Origin: an uncultured Gemmatimonadaceae bacterium
GTDB lineage: Bacteria > Gemmatimonadota > Gemmatimonadetes > Gemmatimonadales > Gemmatimonadaceae
Direction: 5' to 3'
Assembly (NCBI GenBank): GCA_963829055.1
Contig: CAWHHI010000010.1
Location: forward strand, 152,207-216,206
Length of the DNA: 64,000 nt
Below the pieces are notes generated by a model. It had not been told where the DNA came from. It saw only the letters and a program-made list of their open reading frames with translations, and searched no databases. Below, one piece after another: positions 41,418 through 54,586 of this stretch. Each line of letters opens with the position of its first letter. The stretch's first letter is position 1. Position numbers and translations under genes: made by a program.

Positions 41418-43883
41418 CTACCGCTCTACCATCACCCTCACCCGCGCCGTGTCCCCGCGCGCCGAGACCGCGTGAATCTCGTGCGTTCCGGGAACCAGCG
41501 CCCAGCGGTCGCGCGCGTACGGCTTACCGTCGATCGACCAGCGCACCTGCTCCGCGCCCATCCCACCTGCGCGCAGCTCGATGCTCGCGTATGCGCGCCT
41601 CGACGCCGGCCGGGATCGAGTAGCGATCGCCGTCGAGCGGCGAGGTGATCCGGAATTGCGCTGCTCCGGTGACTCGAGCGGGCGCCGGCCGGGCGTTCGC
41701 AGCCGGCGTTAGGCGTGCGTCACCGTTCGACACCGCACGCGCCGCGGCGAAGGCGCGCGTGACCTCGTCGCCCGACGCACGTTGCCCGTGACGCGACCAC
41801 TCGACGTACTCGTCAGGCAGATTCACGCGCCCGCCGCGCTCCCAGTCGTCCTCACGCGTTGGCTCCGTACCGGGCACGAACCACTCCGTGAGCTGCGCGC
41901 ACTCGGGCGTCGCGCGCAGCCCCGAGAGCCGGCACACCGGCACGCTCACCGCTCCCGCCTCGGCCGGCGTTGTCAGCACGCCAGGCGCGACGTGACGCGA
42001 GACCGCCATCACCGCGCGATGCAGAAGCGGGCCGGCGCCGGTCACGCCGCTCACGCCCTCCATCGCACGGCCGCTGAAGTTGCCGGCCCACACGGCCACG
42101 GTGAACGCCCGCGTCGTTCCCACTGCCCAGTTGTCGGTGAAGTGGCGGCTCGTGCCGGTCTTCACTGCCACGGGGAACGGGAAGTCGAACGGCGTGCTCG
42201 TCCCGAAGCCGGGGATGCGCGCCGCCGGGTCACTGAGAATGTCCAGCACGATCGCACTCGCGGCCGGCGAGACCACGCGCCGCGATCGACCCGCGATGCT
42301 TCCTGGCCGAGACGTGCCACTCGTCAGGCGCCACGTCCACGGCCGCCACTCGCCGCCGTTCGCCAGCGCGCGATACCCGTTCGCGAGCTCGATCAGCGTG
42401 ACGTCGCCGTTGCCGAGTGCGAGGCCGAGTCCGTAGTAGTCGGCGTCGCGACGCAGCGACTCGAAGCCCGCCGAGATGCAGGGTCTGCAACAGCGCTCCC
42501 GCACCTAACGACGACGCCACGTCCACCGCGGGGACGTTGTAGGAGCTCGCGAGTGCCTCGCGCATGCGCGTGGGACCGCGGAAGCGGCGATCGTAGTTGC
42601 GCGGCTGGTACGGGCCGGTCGCCGTCGGGTACGACTTCGGAATGTCGGGCAGAACGCTCGCCGCCGTGAAGCCGCGGTCGAGCGCGACGCCGTACAGGAA
42701 CGGCTTGAGCGCGGACCCGGGCTGGCGCGCGGAGACGACCATGTCGGTCTGCCCGTCCTTCGCCGCCCAGAAATCAGGCGAGCCGACCCACGCGAGCACC
42801 TCACCGGTCTCGTTGTCGAGCACGACGGCGGCGGCCTGTTCCACGTTGCGGCCACGCAGCACGTCCACCGTATGGCGCACCTCGGCCTCCAGCTCACGCT
42901 GCAGCTCGACGTCGAGCGATGTGCGAATGCGCCCGACCGCGCCTAACGCTTCCTCACCTTCGGCCCACGACAGCACACGCGCCGTGAAGTGCGGAGCGGC
43001 GAACGGAGTGACGCGACCGTTCGAAGCGAGCGACTCCTCGGGGGCACGTGCAATGTCATCGCGCGTCGCGAACCCGAGCCGCCGCATCCGTGCGAGCGCG
43101 ACTGCCTGACGCCGCCGTGCACGAGTGGGTGAGACATGCGGATTGTCGCGCGACGGCGCGTGCGCGAGACCGGCGATCGTGGCCGCCTGCGCGATGCTGA
43201 GCTCCGACGCGGAGGCGCCGAAGTAGAGCGCGCTCGCCGCGCCGATGCCTACCGTTCCTTCGCCGAGCCCAACGCGATTCAGGTACTGCTCCATGATCTG
43301 CTGCTTGCTCAGATGGGCCTCGAGTCGCAGCGCCCAGAGTGTCTGTGCGAGCTTTCCGCTCCAGCTCCGCTCCGCGGGTTGCAGCAGGCGAGCGAGCTGC
43401 ATCGTGATGGTGGACGCGCCCGAGACTGTCTTGCGTGCGCGGAGGTTGGCCTTCGATCGCGCGGCCCACGGCGAGCATGTCTATGCCGGAGTGCTCCCAG
43501 AAGCGTTTGTCCTCGACGGCGACGAACGCGTTGATGAGGTCGGGGTCGATGCGGTCGTAGGCGACCCACCGCGCGTCGCTGCCATCGGCCGCGCGGGTGG
43601 AGCGGAGCGGAATGCCGTGGCGGTCCTCGATCGTCACGCCGAGGCCGGCCTCGCGCGTTACGAGTAACGTCGGGACCGGGCGAGCGATCCAGATCCCGGT
43701 GGCAACAGTAGCGATGCCTAACGTACCAGCAACGGCTACTGCCAGCCGCGTCAGCATGCGCCGAGCGGCAGATCCCTCTATCCGGACGATCGCGATTCCT
43801 CGACTGCGCGCCTTCGGCGCTTCGCTCGGAATGACACGGCTCTGCGCGCGGGCTTCGCTCGGAATGACATCCTTCCCCTTCAT
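41418..43883 (-). CDS. pbpC: Penicillin-binding protein 1C, frameshifted
   Basis: AVEDKRFWEHSGID, RQPGSALKPF, ALASSYNVPAV, VAVKTGTS, VSGVTGAGP; ATGA-coupled to alpha-2-macroglobulin gene. Confidence 0.9.
43790..43869 (-). repeat. Two GTCATTCCGAGCGAAGC REP-like units inside the pbpC 5' end
   Basis: Translate as VIPSEA twice; related to the 57197-57297 element. Confidence 0.7.
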
Positions 43884-46800
43884 GGCGCTTTCGGGGTCAC
43901 GACGAACGTTCCGCCGTCGCTGCGGCCATTCACGGCCGGGTTGTACATCTCCTCCGCATGCGCGGGCGGGCGCACGAACGTCCCCGGCGTCGTCGCACGC
44001 GCGACGTACGTCGCCGTGTACGTCCCCGGCCAGAGCACGTTCGCCGAATACACGACGCGATCGTCACGGATCTCCCGATAGTCGAACGGAGACCACCAGC
44101 CGGAATCCCAGCGGCCAAAGCCCCACTGCGGCTCGCCTTCCCTTCCCTCCTGCTCGGCCGGCTCCTGCGCCGCAGTGCCCGGGCCCGGCATCGCCGACGC
44201 GGTCCGGAGACTCAGGTCCACCGCCTCGAGACCCGCCGGCAGCGCATCGTCCACCACGACGAACTGACGGGTCGATGGAACCGTGATGCGAAGGCGCACG
44301 CGCACGAGCTCACCCTCCGCGATGCGCGTGATCGGCGCGGCACCACCGTCGAAGCGCTCGTACCACCGCTCGACGCGGATGCCCGCGTCCTCCGGCGTGA
44401 CCGGCGGCGCCAACGGCACCTCGGCCACGGTGAAGTAGTAGTAGACCGCGCCCGTCGCCGGCGCCCGCGTCGAGCGAAAGGCGAAGCACTGGCGCGTTCG
44501 ACCCGTTAGGCACGAGGCCCGCGAGCGAGATCGTCGAGTCGCGCCCGGTCGCGGCGGTGCTCGGCCTGCAGGATCACGCGATTTCCACTCCGCACGCGAA
44601 CCGTGCGCTCACCCTGCTCGCGACGACGCCGGTCGAGCGCGGCGAGCGCGGTGACGGCGGACGCGTAGTCCTGCGTGTTCCACATCCACAGTCCCCGCTC
44701 CGCACGTCCCTGCTGCGCGAGCGTCTCCGCCAGCGGCCCCACGAGCGCGTGCTCCGGATCGATCGCGAGCGTCGCCATGAGGATCCGGGCGACAGGACGA
44801 ATCGGCGACTCGAAGTAGAACCGCGCGATCGACGAATCGGGGACGACGGCGCGCGTCCCCTCGACGCGCACTCGCGACCACGTCGCGTCCATCAGCCGCC
44901 GCGCCGCCGCCATCTGCTGCGCGACGCGCGAGCACCTCGGCCAGCCGCGCGCGGTCCTCGAGCGTCAGAAGCGCCGCGGAGCGCAGGAGCTCGTTCTCCG
45001 ATGCGACCTCGGGGCGGCGTAGCCGACTGAGGAAGTCGACGGCCGCCACACGCTCACGCAGCCGCATCTCCGGCCGATCATAGTAGCTCGCGACGGGAGA
45101 GAACACCGGCTTCGATTCGCCGCGCAGCTCGGCCGATACGTACGTCGCGAGGCGACTGAGCACCATCGTGTCCACGGCGACGCCCGCCTCACGCGCGTCG
45201 AGCAGCACGATGCCGGCGTAGGAGCTGAGCCAGACGCTCGTCCAGTCGGTCGACGACCAGTACCCGATCCCGCCGTCCACGCGCTGACGCCGCGTGAGCA
45301 TCTCGACGGCGCGCGTGATGTCGCGGCGCTGCCCGTCGTTCGTGCCCGTCGCGCCAGCCTGCCGTTGCGCGCGGTAGAGCGCGATGATCGGCGTGGCCGC
45401 GCTGACGACCTGCTCCGTGCAGTAGTACGGGTAGACGTGGAGGTACTCCTGCATGCCGCGGATCGTCGCGAGCGGTGACGTGCCGAGGTTGAGCGACAGA
45501 CGCGAGCGTTCGGGGTCGATCCCTGCCGGGAGCGCGAAGTCGACGGTCGCGCTGTCGCGCAGCACGCCCGCGATCGTGTGTGCGCGCGGGTGATAGTCCG
45601 GACGCACGGGGAGTGACACGCGCACCGCGTCGGCGTCGCCGCCGCCGGTGACGTCGAAGCGGAACGTGGCGCTGTCGACACGCGAAGCGCGGAACGGGAA
45701 GCGCACTTCGGTGCCTCGACCGGCCGCGAGCGTAGCGGTGCGCGCCGCGTCTCCGCGCAGCGTGACGCCCGTCGCCGCGGCGGTGACCCTAACGCTGGCC
45801 GCGGTGCCGTCGCGTCGATTGATCACGGCACCGGCCGTGAAGTCGTCGCCGGGCCTGACGAATCTCGGCAATGCCTGACGCGCGAGCAACGGACGCGTGA
45901 CGAGCAGCGACGACTGTCCCTTGCCGTAGCGATCGCCGGCGGTGACCGCGACGGCCATGACGCGGAACGTCGTGAGGTTGTCCGGGAGCTTCGCCGTCAC
46001 CGTCGCGTTCCCCTGCGCGTCGGTGACCACGGAGCCGAGGAAGAACGCCGTCGTCTGGAAGCGCGAGCGGAGAATGTCGGCGCCCGCCGCTCCTCCGCCG
46101 CCGCCCGGCTCGCGCGCGCCCTTCACTCCCTCGGGCACCTGCGGCGCGACCGTCGTCATGTTGCTCGCGAGCCGCATTCCGAGCCCGCGCTCCTGGTAGA
46201 TGAGATCGATCGGGTCCGGCGTCGTGTAGCCGGTGAGCGAGAGCACGCCTTCGTCCACGGCCCAGAGCGTGACTTCGCTTCGCGGCGCCGCCGCCCTTCG
46301 CGTCGCGGACGCGCACGGCAACGCGAGCCGAGTCGCCGGGGCGATACTCGTTGCGCTCCGGCGCGAGCGTCACCGCGAGCCGCTTCACTTCCGGCGTCAC
46401 GCGCAGCTCCGCGTAGCCGACGCGAATCGTCGGGCGGCCGGGATCATCCTGCGGGCCCGGTGGCGCACTGCGACCACGCGCGACCAGAATGGAGACGAAC
46501 GCGTTAGGTGCGTACGCCTCGGTGATCGGGAACTTGAGCGTCGTCGAGCCCGACGTGAGCTTGAGGCGCCGCTGCTCGATGATCCCCTCGCGCTCGACGG
46601 TGATCCACGCTTCGGCGTTCGTGAACGGCGAGGCGAACAGCACCGTGGCCGTATCGCCAACCGAGTAGCGGGTGCGATCGGGGATCACGTCCATCTTGAA
46701 CTGCGACTCGTCGTTCCACGGCACCCAGTCCGTGCCCGACGCCCAGCGCTGGAAGCTCGTCGTCGCCGTGCGGCCGTTGCGGTCGGTGGCGGTGAGCGTC

Positions 46801-49617
46801 ACGGTGTACGTGCCGCCGGCGTTAGGCGTGAACGCGCACGGCACCTGCGATTCCGCCGTCGTCACGGTGCAGCGGGCGACCGTGTCGGCCACCCAGTCAC
46901 CGACGACCTCGGTGAGCCCGCCACGCTCGCGGCGCACCCGATGCCATTCGCGCCGGACGACCGTGCCCTGCACGCGGACACCGGTCACCTTCTGTCCGTC
47001 CGGTCGGACCGTGAGCACCGCGACCGACTGCGGTGTGCCTGCCTTCCAGAAGTAGTCCGTGCCTGACGGCTTCGCCGCGACGTAGAACTCCGCCGGATGC
47101 ACGATCGTCGACCGCGTCGCGCCGACCGCCTGACGATTCACGTCCGTCACGCCGACCTCGAGCGTCACGCGCGCCGGCCTACCCTTGGGCGTCGCCGGAA
47201 GTGTGACCGAGAGCGCCCGCTCACCACGCGCGTCGAGCGTGTCGACGCCGCTCGCGATGACCTGCGCGGGCTCCTCGCTGATTGTCCTCCCACCAGGAGC
47301 CGGTCTCGCCGAGGTACCAGTCGTCCATCCCGGGAATCTCGAGCTCCCATGGTGACACGGGTGCCTGACGCGCCATCCACGTGACGGGAGAGCGCGCCAT
47401 CGGTGCGCCGAACAGGTAGCGCGCCTGCACCGTCGCGCCGAATCGGTCGCCGGGAAGCTTCGTCGCGTTCTCCGCGTTCAACTCCACGAGGAATTCAGGC
47501 GGCCGATACTCGGCCACGCGATACGACGTCTGCGCGACCGTCCGCCACTTGCCCTGACGCTTCGCCTGGATGTCGACGCCGTATTGCCCGACCGCAACGG
47601 TAGTGGGGAGTTGCAGCGACTGGTCGGCGGTGCCGAACGCGGAGGACGCGACCGTGCGTTCTCGCAGGACACCGTCCTCGCGGTCGTGGAAGATCCACTT
47701 GATGGAGTCGCCGGCCGCCGGCACGCGCAGGGCGCCGAGCGATCCGTCGCGGACGATGGCCTTGGCGAATACACGCTCGCCCGGGCGATAGATACCGCGC
47801 TCCGTGAACACCGCGCCGGCGAGCGGAATTCGCTGGTCGCCCCACGCGCTGTGGACGTTGAAGCGCCACGGCGAGAGGTCCGGGTCCCAGCGGTTGATCG
47901 CCGTCACGGCGCGGTCGCTACCTAACGTGACACGGACGTAGCCCTCGAAGCCGGTATCACCTTCCTCGTCATCGTCTTCATCGGATGCAGTCGCGCTCGC
48001 CCAGCCCGTGAGACGAGCGAGACCGCGCGCGTCGGTGGTCGCGGACGCGAGGCGACGTCCCTGCGCATCGTACAGGACGACGGTGGCGCCGGCCTTCGAC
48101 ACGCCGTCGTTGACGCCAGTCACCCACACGGTGCCTTCGGTGGTACCGATGCGCGCGTGGACGCCGAGGTCGGTGACCTGGACGAGGGAGAGCGAGCTGC
48201 CGGCGACGGTGTCCTTGCCCGCGCGACCGCTGATCTCGACGGCATAGAGCGCCGGACTGCCGGCACGTGCGGCGTCCGATACCGGAAGGCGAACGCTCGT
48301 GAGCATCGCGCGCTCGGGCGTCGCGCGCAGCGCGATGCGCTGCGTGGTGGCGTTGCGCGCGAGCGACTTCCAGACGCTGTCGTCACCGTAGCCGAAGCGC
48401 GTGAGCATCTTCGACTCGAGGCTGTCCGGCACCGGCGCGATGACGGCGATGAGTGTGTCGACGTTGACGTGCTGCACCGACAGCGTGCGGAATCCGGTGC
48501 GCTCGACGAGCAGACGGCCGAAGGGATGGACGATCGAGGGCTCGTAGCCCGTCGTGCGGAAGGCGGCCGCCGGGTTTCCTCGCAGCCCTTGCCCGAACAC
48601 GTCGTGAAGCGCGGTGTCAGCGATTACCGCGTAGGTCACGTGTGGCAGCAAGCGGGCCTCGAGCGTCCAGGTGGTGGACTCCGAGATCGTGTCGCGGACC
48701 GCGAGCTTCGCTTCGGGCAGAAGCCTAACGTGACGGAGCACCTCCGCTCCGCGCACCGGGTTCGTGAACTCCACGCTCAGCGGGCCGGACGGGCAGAACT
48801 TGTCCCCACCGCAGTTGACGGTGGCGATGCGCAGATCACCGTACGTCTCGAACGCCCAGCGCGTCGCCGTGTTGCAGGACGTCGTCCTGCGACTTCCGTC
48901 GGCGCCACGAGCTCCGCGGCGCAACCGCGCGGCAGCGCGCCCTCGGGGGCGAGCTGTACGACGCGCCGCAGCGAGTCGACGGAGCGATCGCGCTGGTATC
49001 CGCCGGCCTCCCGGATATTCCACGCGTCGTCGTCGCGGATCCGGCGCTGCGCGGTCGCGCGGAGCCTAACGATCTTCTGACCGCCGCACGCCGCGTTGAG
49101 CTCGACGTAGGCGGCGCTGGAGAGCTTCGCGAGGTCTACAGGTCTCGTGTAGACGAGGTCGAAGCGCTGATTCGGCACGACGTGCTGAGACGTTCGTGTC
49201 CGCGCCGACGGGAGTGCCGGTCAGCAACTGCGGTCCCTGCGCGCGGAACGTGAACCGGAACGGCTCGGCCAGCGCGCTCCCGTCCATGGCGCGGAAGCTG
49301 TTCGCGACGGTGACCGTGTAGCGCGCGCCGGACGTCAGTGCCTCGGCGGGCCGCAGGCGGATGGTGACGGGATCGCGCCACTCGATGCGACCGCGCACGG
49401 CGGGCTCGATGCGGAGGATCGTGGTCGGATCGATGCTGCGATCCAGCGACCCCGCGACGGGCCGGTCGAACGTGACGGTGATCTCGGCGGTCGGGACGGC
49501 GTCGCCGGTCGGGGCGGATCGGATGACGCGGAGCGGCGAGGGGCTCTGCGCGAGAGCGTTCGTGGCGAGGGCCGTCGTTAGGACGGCCAGGGCGAACTGG
49601 AGGCGGGCGGAGCGCAT
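43880..49617 (-). CDS. Bacterial alpha-2-macroglobulin family protein (Ig-like + MG2 domains), multiply frameshifted
   Basis: VFTERGIYRPGE, VAEYRPPEF, AVDEGVLSLTGY, LPDNLTTFRVMA, LPRFVRPGD, YPYYCTEQ (no CxEQ thioester G-motif variant check possible), EIRDDRV, AHAEEMYNP. Confidence 0.92.
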
Positions 49618-49722
49618 GATTTTCCGGAGAGGCGACCGGAACATTATACCCCTCCGCCGGCGTTTTGCCCTCCTCCTTTGGGGCGTCGGCAGTTGGCCGA
49701 CGGCAGATCGCCGCTCACTACA

Positions 49723-51186
49723 CTACTTCAAGCTGCCGTTCGAGTACGCGGACGTGAACGGGAGCGGTATCGTGTTCCCCGTTTCGACCTCGATCAGCTC
49801 CCACCCGTCGTATCGGGCCAGCAGCCACTTCGAGTCCGCCGTCCAGGTGATGGGGCCTTCGCCGTAGAGCCGAGTGGTCGAGCCGATCACGCGCGCGTTG
49901 GTGCCGTCGGCGTTGATCACACGGAGTGGTCCGCCGAATTGCGTGATGTACGCGATCCGTGACCCGTCGGGCGACCAACTCGGATACTGGCCGGGGACGC
50001 TCCACGCGGAGACGGTTTTCGTCGCGTAGTCGAACACCCGGATGATTGGCCCGGCATTCACGAATGCCACCTTGGACCCATCGGGAGACGCGGACGGGCG
50101 CCAGCTCACCTGAAGTGGGGCGATGAACGTGCCGAGGAGTTCGGGGTTCGCGCCGTCGATTCCCGATCGATGCAGGCAATAGAAGTCGGGCCCGCACCTG
50201 GTGTCGTAGGCACTGAAGTACAGCACGGGCGCGCTCGCGCTGGGCGAAGGCTCCGCCTGATGCGTCATCGTCGCGGGCCGATCGGGAAACAGCGTGGCCA
50301 CCTTCCCGTCCTGATCGACGGTCCGCAATACCTGATACGTACCGTCGTAGTGCGAATAGATGATGGTGTTCGTACCGGGAATCCACCGAGGCTTGGGCCC
50401 GATTCCGCCATCGGAAACACCCGTGAGGTCGCGAAAGCCGGATCCGTCCAGACCGACCGCGATGATGCGCAGTCCAGAGGGACCGTTGTACACCGCCGTT
50501 AGCGTCCCTTGCGGGACTACGCTCACGTCACTCGACCCGGAGAGACTGCCCGCCTTCCCGGTGACCCTGTATCTCCCGATCGCGGACGCCGTGACCACGC
50601 CGGCGCCGGTAACCGACACTCCGGGAGCCGACGCCGTGTACGTGACCGGATCGGTGCGCACGTTGTCGAAGCGATCGACGACGCCGCCGCGCATGGTGAA
50701 CGTGCGACCGACGTACACCGCCGTGTCGGCGGGTGCGAGCAGGATGCGGGAGATGTTCCCCGGTTGCACCGTGTACCGCGCGGTGTCCTGGACCCCAAGC
50801 GTCGGTACCGAGATAGCGATGCGGGCGGGACCAGCGACGGTGCCGAACTGCACGAGAACGCCGGCCCGTCCTGCGGCGTCCGTCCCCCCGGAAGCGAAGG
50901 GCGCGAACACGGTGGAGCTCAGGCTCTCGACGAGCATCTCGGGCACGCCCTTGGCGCCAGGCACTCCCGTGAAGCGCACCACGGTTCCCTGTGGCGCGAT
51001 TGCCCCGGTCGAGTCATGCACCTCGACGATGAGCGCCGTCGTGGGTCTGGCGGTGATGGTGTCGCTAACGCCGAAGCCGCCGATCAGTCGGACGGCTGCA
51101 CCCGCGGCTGGGCCCTTCGGGCCGGAAGAGTCGTTGCACGACGCCGCAATGAGTGACGCGACCGTCAGCCACAGGAATTTTCGCAT
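49723..51186 (-). CDS. Lipoprotein with Ig-like domains and TolB-like/PD40 beta-propeller
   Basis: Lipobox IAASC; PSASPDGSKVAF, PSWSPDGSRIAY. Confidence 0.82.
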   Translation of the reverse strand: MRKFLWLTVASLIAASCNDSSGPKGPAAGAAVRLIGGFGVSDTITARPTTALIVEVHDSTGAIAPQGTVVRFTGVPGAKGVPEMLVESLSSTVFAPFASGGTDAAGRAGVLVQFGTVAGPARIAISVPTLGVQDTARYTVQPGNISRILLAPADTAVYVGRTFTMRGGVVDRFDNVRTDPVTYTASAPGVSVTGAGVVTASAIGRYRVTGKAGSLSGSSDVSVVPQGTLTAVYNGPSGLRIIAVGLDGSGFRDLTGVSDGGIGPKPRWIPGTNTIIYSHYDGTYQVLRTVDQDGKVATLFPDRPATMTHQAEPSPSASAPVLYFSAYDTRCGPDFYCLHRSGIDGANPELLGTFIAPLQVSWRPSASPDGSKVAFVNAGPIIRVFDYATKTVSAWSVPGQYPSWSPDGSRIAYITQFGGPLRVINADGTNARVIGSTTRLYGEGPITWTADSKWLLARYDGWELIEVETGNTIPLPFTSAYSNGSLK

Positions 51187-51324
51187 GGCGCAAACGTAGG
51201 GTCGGTCTTAGTGCGGCACCAGTTCGATTGCGTCACTTAAGGTCCGAGCGGACCGGCACTCAGTCCGCTCGGGATGCCACGCTCCTTCGTCTGGCCTCCT
51301 TCCTCTGGCCCCCTTCCTCCTTCC

Positions 51325-54101
51325 TCAATCCGTCCGGAGCGCCTCCATGGGATCGACCCGCATTGCCCGGCGCGCGGGGACGTAGCAGGCAGCGAATGCT
51401 ATTGCGACGACGAGCAAGGCGATGGCGACGAAGCTCAGCGGGTCCACTGGGCTCACGCCGTACAGCAGGCTCGCGAGCACGCGCGTGCTCGCCACCGCGG
51501 CGACGACCCCGAGGATGACGCCTAACGTCGTCAGCCTGAGGCCGCCGCCCACGATCAAGCGCTTCACCGACCTGGCGTCGGCGCCGAGCGCGACGCGCAC
51601 GCCGATCTCGCGCGTGCGCTGCGTGACCGAGTACGCGATCACCCCGTAGAGGCCCGACGCCGGAGAGCACGAGCGCGATGCCGGCAAAGGCGGCGAGCAG
51701 CGCCATCGCGAAGCGCGTCGGCGCCAGACTCTCGCTGAGATACGTATCGCCGACGGTCACCTGCTGAACGAGCGCCCCCGCCGGCATCCCGCTCGCGATC
51801 TTGAGCTCGGCGCCGAAGTCGGCCACGATCCGGCGAATCGACGCCACGGCTTCCCGCTCCGGCAATGTCGTGCGCAAGAGGATCGTGGGGTATCCGGGGA
51901 GGCGAGCCGGCGGGGGCTGGTAGATCTCGACCAGCCCTGTAGACATGCGGTGCCCGGCAATCTGAATGTCCTCGACGATGCCGACGACGGTATACATCTC
52001 GCTGATCCCGCGCCCACCAGTGTTCGAGTAGAGATGTGCGCCGATCACGCGACCGTCCGGCCAGAGGCGTCGCGCGGTCGAGCGGCTCACGACGACTTCC
52101 TGCGGGATCGCCTGCTGACCGTTGCCGCCCGCCGGCAACGGCAGCGAGTCCGGCGATCGCCCCGCGATGAGCCGCATGCCCGCTATCCGGAAGTAGTTTG
52201 GGCCGGCGAAGATCGTGGCGTACTCGGAGACGCGGCGCGAGTTCCCACTGGCGTCCCGCTCCGTCTCGAGCGGAGCCCCCGACTTCCAGCCCTCGCCGGG
52301 CATGATCCCGATCGTTGCCGCAGTCACACCAGGCATTGCTCGCAACCGATTGACGATCTCGTTCCGATACGACGCGCGAGTCTCGAGGCTCCAGTCGCGG
52401 CGCAACTGCATGATCACGTCGGCCTCGACGAGTCCGTGCGGCTCGAAGCCGAGTGGAATTCGCTGCAGCGCGACGAACGAGCGCACGAGCAACCCTGCCC
52501 CGACGAGCAGCACGAGCGACATCGCGATCTCGAGCACGATGAGTGTCGAGCGCATGCGACGCGCCGCGGTACCGCCTGCCGCGCCTCGTGTTTCGCTGCG
52601 CAACACGTCCCCGGCGGATCGCGCGGCCGCGAACAGCGCCGGCGCGCATCCGAAGAGAATACCCGTGAGCACCGAGATGCCGGCGCTCCAGAGCAGCACC
52701 GTGGATTCGACGCGCACACTGGCGAGATTCTCGAGCGACGGCGGCCTGAGCGCGATGATGATCTTGAGCGTGAGCCACGCGACACCGACGCCGAGCACCC
52801 CGCCGGCGAGCGCGAGCAGCACGCTTTCCGTGAGCACCTGGCGAGCGAGACGGCCGCGTCCGGCACCTAACGCGGTTCGAACCGCGAACTCGCGCCGCCT
52901 GGTCCACGCGCGCGACATGAGCAGGTTGGCGACGTTCGCGCACGCGATGAGCAACAGCACGCCGACCGCGACGAACAGCACCTGGACGGTCTGCGTCTCG
53001 CGAGGATCGAGGAAGTCCTGTGCGCGCATGGCACGGGCGCGGGCCTGGGCGCCGTTGAAGGTGCCCAATTGCGCGCGAGGAGAGCGAGCCCCGCTCTCCT
53101 CGCTCTCCATAATTGCCTGCAACTCGTCCGATGCCTGACGGGCCGAGACGCCGGGGCGAAGCCTGGCGAACAGGTAGCCACCGCCGATGGAATCGTGACT
53201 CGCGGGCAACCAGACGGCTGGTTCCGGATGGCGCAGCTTCCCGCTCGCGCCACCGGGCTGCGACATTGGGATCGACATCTCCGGCGGAGTGACGCCCACG
53301 ATCGTGAACCGGCGTTCTCCCTGGTCGGCGACCTGGATCGTCTTGCCGAGCACGTCGGGCGCGCCGCCGAATTCTCGCTGCCACTTGCCGTAGCTGATCA
53401 TGGCCACGGGAGGCGCGCCTGGTCGCACTTCATCCACCGTGAACGCGCGTCCGAGCGCCGGGCGGACGTCGAGCAGCCTGAGATAGTTCCACGTGATGAA
53501 CGCGGGGATCGTGTCCTGCGTGTCCCCGAAGTCCTGGACGTAGATCGCGTCCACGTTGACGGCGGCGATGTTCTCGATCGAATGCGCGCGCGCCAGCCAC
53601 GCCTTTACCACCGCCTGATCGGGGGCACCATAGTTGTCGCCCTCGCCCACCACCAGCTTCACGATGCGGTTGCCGTCGGGGTACGGCAGCGGAGCGATCA
53701 GCAGGCGATGCACGACGGTGAAGATGGCCGTGTTGGCGCCGATGCCTAACGCCAGCGTCAGCACGGCGAGCGCCGTGAAGCCGACGTTCCGACGGAATTG
53801 CCGGCCGGCGTACCTGATGTCCTGCAGCCAGTCTTCGACCCAATCGACTGCGTCGTGCCAGCGCGTCTGACGCGCCACGCGGCGCTCGGTGTACGCGCTG
53901 TATTCGTCGGTATCCCCGAATCGTCGCAGGGCTTCGGCCTGCGCGTCCGCCTCGCTCATGCCCAGCGCGCGCAGGTGGTCGACCCGCATCGCGAGGTGCT
54001 CTCGCATCTCCTCGTCCATTCTCGCGAGCCAGGCGGGCGCGACTCCGCGGAAGCCGCAGCAGGCGTCGGACGCCGTTAGGGAGTCTCTGTGAGAATGCCA
54101 T
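51325..54101 (-). CDS. ABC transporter permease, ADOP family, frameshifted
   Basis: MDEEMREHL..ALRRFGD, LALGIGANTAIFTVV, IACANVANLL, GLYGVIAYSVTQRTREIGVRVALGA. Confidence 0.9.
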
Positions 54102-54107
54102 GGCGCC

Positions 54108-54440
54108 TCACGCGGGGTCGAGGACGCCCGAGATCGCCGCGACGTAGCGCTTCCACGTCGCCGTCTCGGTGCGCAGCATCTGCCGCCCGCGGGTGGTGAG
54201 CGAGTAGTACTTCGCGCGGCGGTTGTTGTCGGACACACCCCACTCGGCCACGATGGCCCCGTTGTCCTCGAGGCGGTGGAGCGCCTTGTAGAGCGCGGAG
54301 TCGACGATCTCGAGCTCGTTGCGGGTGCGCTGCTCGATCCACTTGCTCAAGCCGAAGCCATGCATTGGCTGCGTGGCGAGGGCCTTCAGGACGAGAAGGT
54401 CGAGCGTTCCGTGAAGCAAGTCGCTGGTGTCGCGAGCCAC
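54108..54440 (-). CDS. PadR-family transcriptional regulator (ADOP-associated)
   Basis: GTLDLLVLKAL, MHGFG, ALYKALHRLE, EWGVSDNNRRAKYYSLT. Confidence 0.95.
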   Translation of the reverse strand: MARDTSDLLHGTLDLLVLKALATQPMHGFGLSKWIEQRTRNELEIVDSALYKALHRLEDNGAIVAEWGVSDNNRRAKYYSLTTRGRQMLRTETATWKRYVAAISGVLDPA

Positions 54441-54586
54441 GCGTCTCTCCCTGCACGAGGTTAGGGGAGAAGGTGTGCAGGCGCACGTGCGGCGTCAAGA
54501 GTCCGGCGAATGGCCGATCTCGCCACGATTTCACGTTTACCAGGCTGAGCGCGCCCCAAGGACGAATGGAAACGAAGAGGAACGAC

